In this document: positions 24,014-38,380 of the stretch, in pieces
How positions within the stretch are numbered: position 1 is the stretch's first letter
How the letters are laid out: every line of letters begins with the position of its first letter
NCBI GenBank assembly: GCA_043228905.1
Contig: JBHGNT010000005.1
Location: 9,796,001 to 9,860,000 of the forward strand
Length of the DNA: 64,000 nucleotides
Direction: 5' to 3'
DNA from: Azolla caroliniana
Lineage: Eukaryota; Plantae; Polypodiophyta
Made by a program: the position numbers and the translations under genes
The notes under the pieces: generated by a model
The model's input: the letters and a program-made list of their open reading frames with translations, nothing else
What the model was told of the DNA's origin: nothing
The model's database searches: none

Positions 24014-27000
24014 TGTTGAGCGGCAAGCTCAACCGGAGCCGGATCGGCTGAATAAGCCGGAGCCGGTAAGCGAGACAGATCGGGCGAAACGGATCGGTAT
24101 GACGGTGAGCAACCGAACCTGCAAGCAGTGGAGGCCGGGTGCAATCCATAACCGGAAGTCCAATCGGAAGCCTAGTATAGGATAGACTACTAGGTAGCTA
24201 TAGTCTCGTAGTAAGTGCTAGCTGCTCATGTGAGCATTGAAGTACATGGTACTTCTGTCAGTCCCAAGAGGACTTGTATAAATAGTGCTACTTAGCACAG
24301 TGTGTATACAGAGTCTTGATATAATTTTGAAATTACGTTCTCTCTCTCTGTCTCTCTCGCTCTCTCTCTCTGTGTGTGTTGTTCTCTATTTTACGCTTCC
24401 GCAAACACTTACGTTTACATGGTATCAGAGCGCGAGGGTTGAGAACCTCTGCTGCAGACATTTACTCTTGAGAAGAAAACCCTAACAGGTCGAAAAAAGA
24501 CACAGTAGAAGACATGGATAGAGGCATGGCTACGTCGCTCCCGGTGGAGAAGCTTGACAGGAGCAACTACGCATCCTGGTCTTACAAGATGCACTAGTAC
24601 TTGCTTGGACACGGGTACTGGAGTTATGTCGAAGGAGCGAATGATGCGGCGCCAGACACGACACACAAGGACTTCCCGGTATGCGAATAGGCGGCAAGCA
24701 GGGTGATGTACTACTTCGCGTCCAGTGTCGGCGATCAGCTACTCAGCCACATCCTTGACGCCAAGACACCGAAGGATGCTTGGGGGAACCTGAAAAAGGT
24801 TTTCGCCGCAAGCACCACTGCCCGGAAACTGCAACTCAGACAGGAGTTGAGAAATGTTCGACAGAAGAACATGTCTGTGGCAGACTACATGGGCCGGATA
24901 AAGGAGATCTACGACTCGCTCGGCTCTATCAATGTTACCGTAGAGGAAGACGAGATGGTGCAGGTATGTCTCGGAGGCTTGGCGTCCAAGTTCGGAGCGT
25001 TCCGGACTGCAATGTGTACAAGGGAGAATACCCCCTCATTCTTCGACTTACAGTCGATGCTCGTTGTAGAGGAGAACCACGCCGGTGCATCTACCAGTGC
25101 ATCCCCGGACAGCCGAATGTTGTACACGGGAACGGATCGGTTCCGTGGGCATGATGGAAGAGGTGGGTCGGCACGCAATGGAGGCGGCCGGCAAGAGCAG
25201 GAACGAAGGCACTATGAGTGTGCCGACAACAGTTCCGGGACTTCCACAAGTAGGGGGAGTCAAGGTGGTGCCGGAGGCCGGCAAGACAAATCCGCTACGG
25301 AATGCCGGTACTGTGGCAAAAAAGGCCACAGGGAAAGCGAGTGCTGGAGAAAGCGTGCCGATTCGGACAAATCCGGATCCGGCAAGACCGGTAAGGATGG
25401 CCGGCAAAACTTGCACTACGCAAACGGATCAGGAGGATCCGGAACCGGAAAGGCCGGTAAGGGGCCAGCCTTGGTGATGAATCACAAGGCAAACTCAATG
25501 AAGAAGACCACTTCCAAAACGGAGGAAGTGTGGTATGTTGATTCCGGTGCATCGAACCACATGACGAGCCACAAAGAGTGGTTCTCCTTTCTGGAGAAAC
25601 CGGATCAACCAGGAGTAGTCGAAACCGGAGACGACACTCCTCACCCAATCGTGCACGTCGAAGAATTCCCTCTAAGCCACGTCGGACAGAAAGGGAAGTT
25701 GATGAACGTATTACACGTTCCGACAATCACGAAGAACCTGGTGTCCGTCGGTCAGATTGTCGACCAGGGGATGCAGGTGCGGTTTACGCACCTCGGGTGC
25801 TTCATTGAGGATGAGGGCGAAGTCATTGCGCAAGGGCGCAGAGACAGGAGGATGTTTATCCTCAACACCAATGACTTTGGCACCGCTCTGTTCGCAAAAC
25901 GACAGAAGGTCGAGTCGGACATAGACCTGTGGCACAAGCGGATAGGCCACGTCAACTACTGGAGGCTTCAAGATCTGCAAACGAAACAAGTCGTTTTCGG
26001 TTTGCCAAAGTTCAGCGGCCGGAGAGCCGAAATTTGTGAAGCCTGCCAACTTGGGAAGCAACACCGGCTTCCATTCCCCACCGAACGGAACCGGAGCCGT
26101 AACAAGCTCGATCTCATCCATTCGGATGTGTGGGGACCGGCACAAAGTGTAAGCCTTGGCGGGAGCCGGTACTTCGTCTCCTTCATCGACGATTATACCC
26201 GACATACTTGGATCTACCTCATTGAGCGGAAGAGCGAAGTCTTCGACTGTTTCCGGAGCCTCCAGAAGATGGTGGAACGGGAATCGGAGAGGAAGATCAA
26301 ATGCCTTCGGTCGGATGGCGGAAAGGAATATTTTTCCGGCCAATTCACTAGTTATCTGCAGCAGAAGGGAATTCGGCGAGAGTTCAGCTGCAGATACACA
26401 CTGGAGCAAAACGGTGTGGCCGAAAGGAAGAACCGGACACTCGTCGAAGCGGCAAGGACAATGCTGGAGGAGAAGAGCATGCCCCGGTTCTACTGGGCGG
26501 AGGCGGTCCGGACGGCCGTCTACATACAAAACCGCATTGGTGACAAGGTGTCAGCTCATGAGCTGTATTTCAGGCGCAAGCCAAACTTAAGACACCTTCG
26601 GATATTCGGCAGCATAGCATATGTGCATGTGCTAGATCAGAAGCGGAAAAATGCATCCTAGTCGGCTATGCTCAAGAGCAAAAGGGGTATAAGTGCTATA
26701 ACCCCCGGACGAAGGAAGTCCGAGTTAGCCGGGATGTCGGAAGATCAGGCCAGTGAGCCTGAATCAGCCCTGGCAGACGATGATGAAGTCGGGACTCAAG
26801 ATGTGAGTCCGGAATCGTTACGGTTGAGTGGACCGAACGAGCGACTGAGTCGGCTGGACCAGTCGGATGAAGAGACAGCAAGTGGTGGAGACTCTGCCGT
26901 GCTCTCCCCGCGCAAGGAACCGAGGAAACGGTTCACGCGCAAAGAGAAGGGGAAGAGGAAGATGCCGGAATTCGAAACCGGCAACGATGAGTCAGATCGG

Positions 27001-29859
27001 TGCGTATCCGACTCCGGAAAGGAGAAAGGCGGATCTTCGGCAATGAAGACCGAACTGGCCAAGAAGGGCCTCAAATCAGGTGACGGTGCGTTGCGCCGAT
27101 CAACCCGCCAGAAGGATCTCATCATGCGGTACGGGTACAATGAATACATGGCGCATCATTATGCGTACATGACTAAGGTGACAGAAGTGTGTGAGCCGGA
27201 GAGCTACGCAGAAGTGGCAAAGGACGCAAATTGGCGTGCCGCTATGGACGAAGAAATGCGGGCACTCGATGCCAACGAAACTTGGGACCTAGTTGATCCT
27301 CCCCATCACTGTAAACCGATCGGATGCAAGTGGGTGTACAAGGTCAAGTACAACGCCGACGGTTCTGTTAACCGGTACAAATCCTGGTTAGTGGCGAAGG
27401 GATACGCGTAGACCCACGGAATCGACTACGATGAGACCTTCGCTCCTGTGGCAAAGATGACGACGGTTCGTGTGGTACTAGCGGTTGCTGCGGCAAGGGG
27501 GTGGCATCTTCACCAGATGGATGTGAAGAACGCCTTCCTTCAAGGAGAGCTTGAAGAAGAAGTCTTTATGACTCAGCCCCCCGGATTTCAATCGGAGATG
27601 AACAAGTCGGCGGTATGCCGACTGAAGAAGTCACTTTACGGCTTGAAGCAAGCCCCCCGAGCCTGGAACGCGAAGATCACGCACCGCTTGCGTAAGCTGG
27701 GGTTTGCTGTCTCTAAGTCGGACTCTTCATTGTTCATCCGGCAAGGCTCTGACGGTCCGGTATGTATACTCTTGTATGTGGATGATTTAGTCATCACCGG
27801 ACCGGGTCTTCCCGAAATCAACCGCGTCAAGTCCCAGTTGTTGGACGCATTCGAAATGAAGGACCTGGGGGACCTTCATTATTTTCTTGGGATCGAAGTG
27901 ATCCGGACCCCCGACGGCATATTGCTCTCACAACGACATTACGTGTTGAATATGTTGTATAAGTTCGGCATGACGGATTGCCGACCTGTCTCCACACCCC
28001 TGGACCGGAACCAGAAGCTCCGTCCCAACTCCGGACCGGCCTGCAATGAGAAACGGTTCCGACAGGTTGTCGGAAGCCTGATCTACTTAACCATCACCCG
28101 ACCCGACATCAGCTATCCGGTCGGCATGGTAACTCAGTTCATGCAGAAGCCGACTGTGGAGCACCTTCAGTGCGCGCAATGAATATTACGGTATGTCAGC
28201 GGCACTAAGGACCGGGGACTGCTATACCGTCGGGGGATACTCGAAGAGCTTGTCGGTTACACAGATGCTGACTGGGCCAACGATGCGTCTGATCGCCGCT
28301 CCACTTCCGGATACATGTTCTCCATAGGTAGCGCGGCCGTTGCGTGGAGCAGCAAGAAGCAGCCCACAGTGGCTTTGTCAAGCACTGAGGCTGAGTACCG
28401 GGCCGCTACCGTTGCCACTTGTGAAGCCATCTGGCTTCAGCGACTGCTGCGAGACTTGCGGATCGAGGTACCGACCCCGATCCCGATTTACTGCGATAAC
28501 ATGAGCAGCCTGCAGCTCGCCAGGAACCCTGTGTTCCATGCTCGCACAAAGCACATCGAGGTGCACTACCACTTCGTGCGTGAGCGGGTCCTGAGCGGTG
28601 AAGTTGACCTACGGTATGTTCATACGGATCGGCAAGTTGCCGACATCTTCACCAAGCCGCTCGGATCGGACAAGTTGTAGCACTTTACCGACATGCTTGG
28701 TATTCAGCATCTCGACGTGCCGCACTTGAGGGGGAGAAACAAGGGCAAAGTCTCTACCAAAACGGGCAAAGGCAAACCCGTCGGTAAGAGGAGAGCCGGA
28801 AGAAGAGGAGACAAGAAGATGAAGGAAGCCGAGTCGACGAAGGAAGTCGACACATCCGAACAGGTCGGAGCAAGCGGCTATGAAGAAGAGTTGTGCACTC
28901 AGGAAGAGAAGTGCATGTTGTGCGGAGGTCATCACGACGGTACTGACCATGATGCGGAGTCGAATGAAGAATTCGATTTCGGTTCACCGGCTGAAGAAGC
29001 TGAGGGAAGCATGGAGAAGGCCAAGACTCGGAAGTGGTCCGATGTGGTGAGAGACCTGAAGCCGGAAGTCGAATCGGAGAGTACCGATTCGAACAAGAGC
29101 TGGAACGAGTCGGAGATAGCTGACTCGGATCAACAGATGGATCTGGATGAGTCGGATCGACTGAAGGCCAAGGGGACACGGACACAGCGGAAGTCGATGC
29201 CATCGTGGGAGAACCTACGGATCGGCAAGCGCCGGAGTCATAGCAATGTGAGTGCTGAGATGGGCCTATTGAGCAGACATGCCGACCGAGAGGGTCGAGG
29301 CGCGCAGAACCAAAGGGGTCGCGGCAAACGGGACCGGACCGGACGAGGAGCGCGAGCAAGGCGGAGTGACGCCAGGAGATGTCGGTTGGAAGAACCAACT
29401 GCCACAGAGGTCAACAGTACCTCAGGTTGAGCTTGAGGGGGAGTGTTGAGCGGCAATCTTAACCGGAGCTGGATCGGCTGAATAAGCCGGAGCCGGTAAG
29501 CGAGACGGATCGGGCGAAACGGATCGGTATGACGGTGAGCAACCGAACCGGCAAGCAGTGGAGGCCGGGTGCAATCCGTAACCGGAAGTCCAATCGGAAG
29601 CCTAGTATAGGATAGACTACTAGGTAGCTATAGTCTCGTAGTAAGTGCCAGATGCTCGTGTGAGCATTGAAGTACATGGTACTTCTGTTAGTCCCAAGAG
29701 GACTTGTATAAATAGTGCTACTTAGCACAATGTGTATACAGAGTCTTGATATAATTTTGAAATTACGTTCTCTCTCTCTGTCTCTCTTGCTCTCTCTCTC
29801 TCTCTCTCTCTCTCTGTGTTGTTCTCTGTTTTACGCTTCCGCAAACACTTACGTTTACA
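24014..29859 (+). mobile_element. Full-length Ty1/Copia element D with several nonsense codons
   Basis: LTRs 24014-24419 and 29444-29859; perfect TSD GTAAT; PBS at 24420-24431 abutting the LTR; ORF pieces 24703..26661 (gag-PR-IN), 26668..27411, 27448..28182 (YVDD) and 28315..28680. Confidence 0.96.
28693..29430 (+). pseudogene. Charged C-terminal extension in frame with RNase H of element D (245 aa)
   Basis: Same frame as 28315..28680 after one TAG; reads through the first CTTGAGGGGGAG (28725-28736) up to the second PPT; shares motifs with 57762..58358. Confidence 0.65.
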
Positions 29860-32800
29860 GTAATTTTTTTGTTTTAACATCGAGAATTCTTTTTGGTACA
29901 TGTGGTTTAGAAGATAATTCTTCAGAAGTAACCAGAGTTTCAGTTGTAATTGTATTGTCACCAGAACATAGTTCAGTTCTTTTAGACGACTCACATGAAA
30001 AACTGGATGAATTTCAACACCATGAGGAAGAGCGAGACAATAGGCTGATGACCCAATGCGTTTGAGGACTGTAAAAGGTCCACAAAACCGTGGGGCTAAC
30101 TTAATGCACTTACCCTTAGACAATGTCTTAGAATTGTGAGGTACACATAAAAATACCTTCTGTCCAGGGTTGAATACACGAGGTTGCCTATGATGATCGG
30201 CATAAAAACGCGCTCTATCTTGATCACATTATCTCGTGCAATATGCAACATATCTTGCATATCCCAAAGAAAGTTTTGTGTACTTCGCAATTCATCATGA
30301 TGTATATTAACATCAATTGGGGCTCATGGCTGAAAACCATATATCAACATAAAAGGACGATATCCCGCCGACGTATGCGTGGAGCTGTTATAAGCAAACT
30401 CCAAAATTGGGAGATAACATTCCCATTTTGTTGGTTTTGTCCAATGTATGCTCAAAGCATATCCTCACTAATTTGATTTATTTGTTCTGTTTGTCCATTG
30501 GATTGGGGATGATCCGTGGAACTCATGCTCAATGTAGTTTCTAACTTCTTGAAGACTTGCATCCAAAAGTCACTAGTAAACTTTGGATCTCGATCACTTA
30601 TGATATCCATCGGTAACCCATAAAAACGAAATAACTCGTCAACAAATTGGTAAGCCAATTTAGGAGTTGTTACCATGGTTTTAGTAGCAATAAAGCTAGC
30701 CATTTTAGTTAGTCTATCAACCACAACCCAGATGGCATCATGGCCATTTTGGGTGCGAAGAAGGTTAACAGTAAAATCCATGGATATACTTTCCCACTTA
30801 TTATTGGGAATGTCCAAGGGATGTAAAAGTCCTACGGTTTTAAGTCGCTCGGCTTTGTTAACCTGACATTGGTGACATTTAGTCACATAACTATGTCTGT
30901 CAGGGCGCATCCTAGGCCAATAGAATTGAGTGGAGATGAGAACGATTGTGTGATGTATTCCAGGGTGCCCTGCTGAGGGTGCATCATGGCATTAAAAAAG
31001 AATCCTCTTTTTGACCTCGGGTAAATCTGGAACACAAACCTTCCCATTACGGTAGAGCAGACCATTAGCAATGTGGAAGTATTCCTTCGAGGATGTGGTG
31101 GTGTCTGTCCCAGACTCAACTCTTGTCCAGTATTTCGCAAAATAACTATCATCGGGATACTTTCCTTGAAGGTAATCATAAAGATCTGATGTTATTTCAG
31201 TGAAGCAAGCATGTTAACTTCACAGATGCGACTTAGTGCATCAACGACAGTGTTCATGGAACCTTTACGATATCGTATGGAAAAATCAAAGTCCTGAATG
31301 AGATCAGCCCATCGTGCCTTACGACCTTTCAGGTCTTGTTGGTCACAAAAATATTTCAAGGACTCGTGGTCCGTAGTTACCACAAAGCAATTTCCGAAAA
31401 GATAATGGCGCCATGTTTTGAGCGCATGTATAACTGCAAATAATTCCTTTTCTTGAACGGTATACCGACATTGAGCAAAATCAAGTTTCTTACTCTCGAA
31501 TGTTATTGGTTTACCATCTTGATATAGGACAACACCTATAACATAATCGCTTGCATTGGTTTCAACCTCAAAAGGTTTTGAAGGATCGGGTAAAAGAAGT
31601 GAAGGAGCCTTGCACACCAGGTCCTTGAGTTCCTTAAAGGCGAGGTCTAGTGTAGCATTCCAGACAATAGGTTTTGTAGACTTACGCGTTTGACCTTTTA
31701 GAAGATCAATAAACGACGTTGTCAATTGGGAGTAATTACGAAGGGATTTTCACAAAAACCCAACAAAACCAAAGAATGATCGAACTTCTCGAATATTCTG
31801 AAGAGTGGGCCAAAGCTTGATTTTCTCGATGCAAGAAGGATCAATTTCAACTCCTCGTTCGGTTATGAGATGTCCAAGATAAGTAATTGATTTCTTGAAG
31901 AACTCACATTTTGAGATCTTCGCATAAAACTGTTTGTCACGCAATGTTTGTAAAACAAAGTGGACATGTTTAGCATGTTCTTGTAATGTACTGCTATAAA
32001 CTAAAATATCATCCAAGAAAATAACAACAGATTTTCCAAGTTGTTCTCAGAAAATGTCATTCATTTCTTGTTGAAATGTAGCTAGAGCATTGGTCAAACC
32101 AAAAGGCATAACCAAAAACTCATAATGGCCATAGCGCATATGACATGTCGTTTTAGGAACATCATCCTCACTTATACGAATTTGATGGTAGCCATTACGG
32201 AGATCAAGTTTCGTAAAATACCGAGGTCCCTGGAGACGGTTAATTAGATCGTCAGCCCGGGGCAATGGATACGAATTCTTGATCGTCACTTTATTCAAGC
32301 GTGGTAATTAATACACATACGCCATGTGCCCTCTTTCTTTTTAACCAAGAGAACTAGTGCACCCCATGGAGATTTACTATAACGTATATAACCCATTCGT
32401 AAATAGTCCTTGAGTTGCTTAGATACCTCATCCTCTTTGGATCGACTTAAGAGATAAGGAGGTATACTTATTGGTGCAACGCTAGGTACAATATCTATAC
32501 GATGGTCTATATTACGTTTGGGAGGTAACCCATCTGGTAGTTCACTCAGAAAAACATCACGAAAATCATTTAAGATTTCATCAAGTTGTTGTTGTTCAAA
32601 ATATGTTAATTGAACCGAGACATTATTGATATTGTAAACGTGAATGTCCGAACCAAGTACACAATAAAATAGAGTAGAACAAGACAACTTGGATATTGAT
32701 GGAGAGGAAACAATCGAGAGGGATTGTTTTTTTACACATTGAATAAAATGAGTACAGTCGTTCAGTACAAATGTAATTGAATGATGAACCCAATCAATAG

Positions 32801-34779
32801 ATAAAGAAGAGCTTTTATTATAGAACTAGGGATAACCCAGTATTACATCAATGGTACAAAGATTCATTACATGGAAATTTACTTCCTCTATATAAGTATC
32901 AATAGAAATTCCTAATGAATGAATCGCCCCGTGGATGTATTGTACTCTTCCATCAGCCAAGTGCACCCTATAGGTGTGATCACTTACGATGGGTTGGATT
33001 CCCCATATCTGAACCAAACGATCATTCACAAAATTGTGTAAGCTTCCCAAATCAAACAAAAATTGTATGGGAGATCCATTGATATACCCGTTTGCACGTA
33101 GTAAATCATTGGGACCCAATACATAGTGAGGGAAAGAACATTGACAATTACTTAAATGATGTGTATAGACCTAAAGGACATTAAGAATCTGACCTTTATA
33201 GTCTGCAGCCTTAGCTTTGCTATCGTGCTCTTTCTATTGGAGCTTTCGACATTGCTCTTTTGTATGACCCTTCTTTTTGCAGAATACGCAAAAAGGATGT
33301 TGTCACTTACAATCGCGATCCATGAATTCGTTGGGTGTCTTGCGTTTCCCACCAAATTGCGACTACTTAGTCTCAGGCGCTTCGTTGGGTTTGTTGTGGT
33401 CCTTCTTCGAAATGCGTTGATAGCAAAGAACTATTTCAACGACCTCTTCGAAGGATTTTGGATCCTTATCGTGCACTATCCAATGATAGTCCGAATTGGG
33501 GATGCCATTGACAAAATAAGCTATTAACCAATTGTCCCCTTCTAGACCTGATTTTTGGATTTGGGTTCTAGCATGGTGGACATAGTCTTCTAGCGAAGAA
33601 AATTTCCTACTAGAGGGGTTCATTAAAGCTTGAGCTGCCTCGGTTCGAGAGGGAGGTTGCAGAAATTGGCCCTTAAAAACTGTGACAAAATCTGTCCACG
33701 TATCAGGCAATTTCCCCAAAGTTCAGAGCCCACGCCACCAGGCAGCGGCCTTACCCCCTAGTTCTCGGCCGACATATGCAATCTTCGTACTATCTAGCGT
33801 GGGATAGAGCTCAAAATGAGACTCCCATTGGTCCAGCCACGTGCAGATTGCTTCTTCGGTTCTTTCCTTTTTTTCTCCCGTAAATGGCTTAATGACAAAC
33901 GATGGTTCACCCTATTGCTCATCAGGTCTATTATTCTCACGTTGTGAACTAATGACACGTGCCCCGAGAGCACTTTGAGATTGTCGAAGTTTGGTCATTT
34001 ATTGAGCCGTGAAACTAAGGTATTCGGTTATTTGTGAAAAATACATCTCAATGGACATTTGTCCAGGAGGATTTCCATGAGTTCCTTCCGCTTGAGCGGA
34101 TGACATCGGGTCGTTATTTTGAGCCATTGAATGATTATTTCTGGCAAAGAAATAGGATAAGGTCAGACAAATAGTCATAAAATCATGTCGTGATGTAAAC
34201 ATATCATGGGCAAACATTAATCGATATCATGATCTCATGTCAATACCCCTCTTGACGTATGAGATGAGGTTCAAGATCAGGTTACTATGGTAACACAAAG
34301 GTGTTTTAAAAACCATGGAGGTGACAAATAAATGTCTTTCCCTGATCTCTATATCGGTTTTTTTCATAGCGGCTCCCCGAGGCTCAACCATGTATCTTCA
34401 CGTCATGAATAGTTTATACACAAAAATGTTAACAATAAACCATGTTCTGGTGCCCACATATGTGGTTTCGGCTATTTAAGTCCTATTACGAGGACCCCAA
34501 AGTGCACTACCGCAAGTCTAAACATATGTTATAGTCATATGTATCAACGATGTTGTATGGTCTTGGTCATATTTGAACTCGAGACCTCGAGAACAAATGC
34601 ATTAAACACTTGAGCCAACCAAGTAGGTTGCTCCTCTTGAATGTTTAATATTTGATGCGTATAAGAGATATGTGAGGCATTTGCCCATATATGTTTTTTT
34701 AAAAGAAACATATATGTCAAGAGTCCTTATTTCCCCCTCATTTACTACGAACTTTGTTGGTACGTTACCTAACCTCAAG

Positions 34780-35876
34780 TCTCATAATTACGATGGCATA
34801 CGCCAAAGTGCAACATCTTGCTGTCAGCATGCGTGCTTGTCGACGCACCCGCGTGGTTCTCCTCTATAAGGAGCATCGACTGTATGTCGAAAAACGACGA
34901 CGTATTCTCCCGTATACACACAACAGTTTGGAACGCTCTAAACTTCGACGCCAGTTCCCCGAGACAGATCTACACCATCTTGCCTTGATGTTCACGTTGA
35001 TAGAGGCTAAGGAATCATATAATTCTTTGATATTTAAGGTGTAATCAGCCACCGACATGTTGCGTTGTTGTAAGTTGCTCAGCTCCTGTCGGAGCTGAAG
35101 CTTCTTGGCTATGGTGCTTGCGGCGAAAATCTTCTTCAGATTTCCCCAAGCATCCTTCGGCATTTTCGCATCCCGAATATAGCTCAGAAGTTGTTCACCC
35201 ATACAAGATGCGAAGCAGTAGAGAACTCTGCTTGCCGATTGTTCCCAAGCTGGGAAGTCTTTGTGTGTCAAATCGGGTGCTGTGTCATTTGCTCCGTCGA
35301 CGTAGCTCCAGTAACTGTGCCCAAGCAAGTACTGGTGCATCTTGTAAGACTAAGACACATAGTTGTTTCTGTCGAGCTTCTCTGTTGGAAGCGAGCTAGC
35401 CATGCTTCTATCCATTTTGTTTTTCCTGTTCTTTACGAAGGTTAGGTTTTCTTCTTGAGCTAAGGTCAGCTATAGAGGTTCTCAACCCTCGCGCTTTGAT
35501 ATGATGTAAAAAGAATAGCGTGCGAAAGCAATAGAAAACCGAACATAGAAACATAGGTTTAATGGAGAGCTTGAATATACACAGTACGTAGGAGAGATAG
35601 AGAGAGAGAAGACACACATAAATTCATTTAAAAAATAATACTCAATCTGTACATAGGATGTGCTTAGTGAGCACTTTTATACAAGTTCATACGGACTAAC
35701 AGAAGTACTGACACGTACTTCAATGCTCATAGCTGAGCTCTATACTAACTCCCAAAATATATTCCTATGCGGAATATCTTTCCAACGGCCTCGCGGTTTA
35801 CGCACCGCTACGGCCTATTGTGCGCACGGTTTTACGCACCCGATTACGCACCGAATGTTGAGCTTGTCTCTCAACA
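34780..35876 (-). mobile_element. 5' fragment of a D/E-family Copia (5' LTR 35505-35876, decayed PBS, gag start)
   Basis: ORF 34864..35340 (MHQYLLGHSYWSYVDGAN) matches the D/E gag; the LTR ends GAGCTTGTCTCTCAACA like element E. Confidence 0.88.
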
Positions 35877-36659
35877 ATTGCTTTTCTTGTTTGGTCTTAT
35901 ATGCCATTCTTCTTTCTTCCTCACGTGATTCCATAACCTTCATTTTCTATACTCCAAAGTATGGGCTAATGTTCATTTTATTTCTCCTTATGAAGACGAG
36001 CAAGGGATCATTCTCTAGTAATTAGCCTTATTGCCTTCTTCATTAATTGTAAGTGTATGTTAACGTTAAGAGTATTGATCCATAAATGTGGTCATTAGGG
36101 CTAAGCCTCTAAATACAAAATAGTAGGCACACATGTCAACTCACAAAAGTTAATACTATCTTTAATGTATGAAGTCTGCTCTACAATTGGGCAGCGGAGT
36201 AGAGGTCTCCTTTGCCTCACTACTTTAGAAACGCAGTTATCTCGCAATAAGCATGAAGAAACTATCAAAATGAGCACAGAATCAAGCAACTTTGTTTTCT
36301 TAATTTTACTATATCATGATCCATTGTAATAAAATAATCACTAGTGTAATCAAGGTCAGCAAATGGTCATGACCATAATGATCCTTTCTTTGTTTTATTT
36401 GTTAACATCATATCAAGATATGCACATAATAACAATTGGTTTAAATAGACTTTTACAAAGTGATACAATCTCCTCACCCATGTGTCCTTCCTGTATGTTG
36501 CTTTTCAACCCCACAGAGCACGTTCATGTGTCATCTTCTCTCATAGAGTAAGTTGGAGGATTTGGTCTAAAATAGAGTCTTTTTTTCTTCCATTTTTCTT
36601 TTATGTGGATAGAATTACAACAATTCATTCCATTAATCTCCATTTGCATTTTACTTGAT

Positions 36660-38380
36660 CTTGTACAACCACTTGCATCCGATCGGGCTTCACACCCTTG
36701 GGGGCGTCAACCAGGTTCCAAGTCTAATTCTCCGTTAGCACTCGCATCTCTTCCTCCATTGCGGCATGCCAGTTTGCGCCTTTTTCCACTTCTGCATAGC
36801 TCCCCGGCTCATGCACTTCCACCACTTTCTTCATGTATGCGTAGTGATGTGCCATGTACTCGTTGTAACCATACCGCTTCATAGGATTCTTCTAGCAGGT
36901 TGATCGACATACCTTCTCGTTTGCCGCTTTTAGAGCCCTCTTGGCCGACTCAATCTTCATCTCTGAAGGTTCGTCTCCATGCTTTTTGGAGTCGGATTCG
37001 CTCCGATCCAACTCTTCTTTGTCGATGCCATATTCCGGCATCTTCTTCTTCCCTTTTTCCTTCCGCGTGAACCGTCTCCTTGGTTCCTTGCGAGGAGAGA
37101 GCATGACTGAGTCTCCACTACTCGTCGGATCATGATCCGATTGGTCGTTCTGAATCAGTCTCTCATTCGGCTCACTTAGCCAGAATGAGATCAGACTCTC
37201 TTATAAAGTGCTGAATTCTTCTTCGTCTTCTACCCGGATCATTTTGGGTTCACTGCCTCATCCCCGGTGATCGGGTGGTCGAAGTTGTCGAAAGTTGGAG
37301 TCGGTAAAGATTATGAGGATACCGACTCATCGAATTCGACATTGCGGCTTACTCGGACTTGTTTGGTCTGGGGGTTATAACACTTATACCCCTTCTACTC
37401 ATGAGAGGAGCCGACCAATATGCATTTCTCTAACTTTCGGTCCAACTTCCTCTTCTCATCGGGCACATGCACGTAGGCAATGGTACCTAATATCCTCAGG
37501 TGTCGTAAGTTTGGCTTCCACCCGAAATACAACTCGTGTGTTGACACCTTCTCACCGATCCGATTTTGGATGTAGACTGCCCCCCGGACCGCTTTGGCCC
37601 AGTAGAACTTGGGCATGCTCTTCTCCTCCAGCATCACCCTTGCCGCCTCCACAATCAACCGGTTCTTTCGCTCGGCTACGTTGTTTTGCTTTGGCGTATA
37701 TTTGCAACTGAGTTCTCTCTGAATTCCCTTCTACTACAAATAACTGTTGAGTTGGCCGGAAAAGTATTCTTTTCCGCCATCTGAACACAAACACTTTATC
37801 TTCCTCTCTGATTCCCATTCGACTAAACTGTGAAGGTTCTAGAAACAGTCGAACACTTCACTCTTCTTTTCGATGAGGTCGATCCATGTGTGCCGATTGT
37901 AGTCATCGATGAAGGAGACAAAATATCGACTCCCACCAAGACTTACATTCTGTGTCGGCCCCCATACATCCAAATGTATCAAGTCGACCTTGTTCCGGCT
38001 CCGGTTTTGCTCATAGGGGATTGGAAGTTGTTGGCGCTTCCCAAGCTGCCAGGCTCCACAAATTTGGGCCTTCTGGCCAAAAAATTTCGGCAATCCGAAT
38101 ACCACTTGTTTCGATTGTAAATCTTGAAGCCTTCAATAGTTGACGTGGCCAATCCGCGTGTGCCACAAGTCAATATCGGACTCAACTTTCTATCCTTTTG
38201 CAAACAAAGCGATGGCAATGTCTTCAGTGTCAAGGATGAACATCCTCTTGTCCTTGCACCCTTACGCGATGACTTGGCCCTCTTCCTCGATGAAGCACCC
38301 GAGATGTGTGAATCGAACGTGCATTCCTTGGTCAACAATCTGGCCGACCGACACCAGGTTCTTTGTTATTGTCGGGACTA
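36660..38380 (-). mobile_element. Internal D/E-family Copia fragment (integrase to RT start)
   Basis: ORFs 37839..38105, 37395..37658 and 36892..37104 align with element D integrase and linker (PRKEPRRRFTRKEKGKKKMPE). Confidence 0.88.

Larger units (their letters stand above)
23438..34217 (-). mobile_element. Degenerate Ty3/Gypsy chromovirus, interrupted by Copia D; 5' LTR not found
   Basis: Putative 3' LTR 23438-23867 (left edge uncertain); PPT at 23870-23884; chromodomain remnant (EFKIKW..DATWE) at 23890-24013; GPF motif near 30075; integrase 30452..30910; RNase H 31192..31725; RT 31750..32687; protease 32826..33119; gag 33363..33719. Confidence 0.88.

Noticed and set aside
5262-29398. Many antisense and alternate-frame ORFs over gag-pol (e.g. 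25711..26529, 20471..21079, 28754..29398)
   Set aside because: Shadow ORFs of GC-rich coding sequence with no recognisable motifs.
28693-29430. env-like gene
   Set aside because: No signal peptide or transmembrane segment, and it is in frame with pol, not a separate ORF.
35877-36659. Possible host gene exon
   Set aside because: AT-rich with only short motif-less ORFs; left unassigned.
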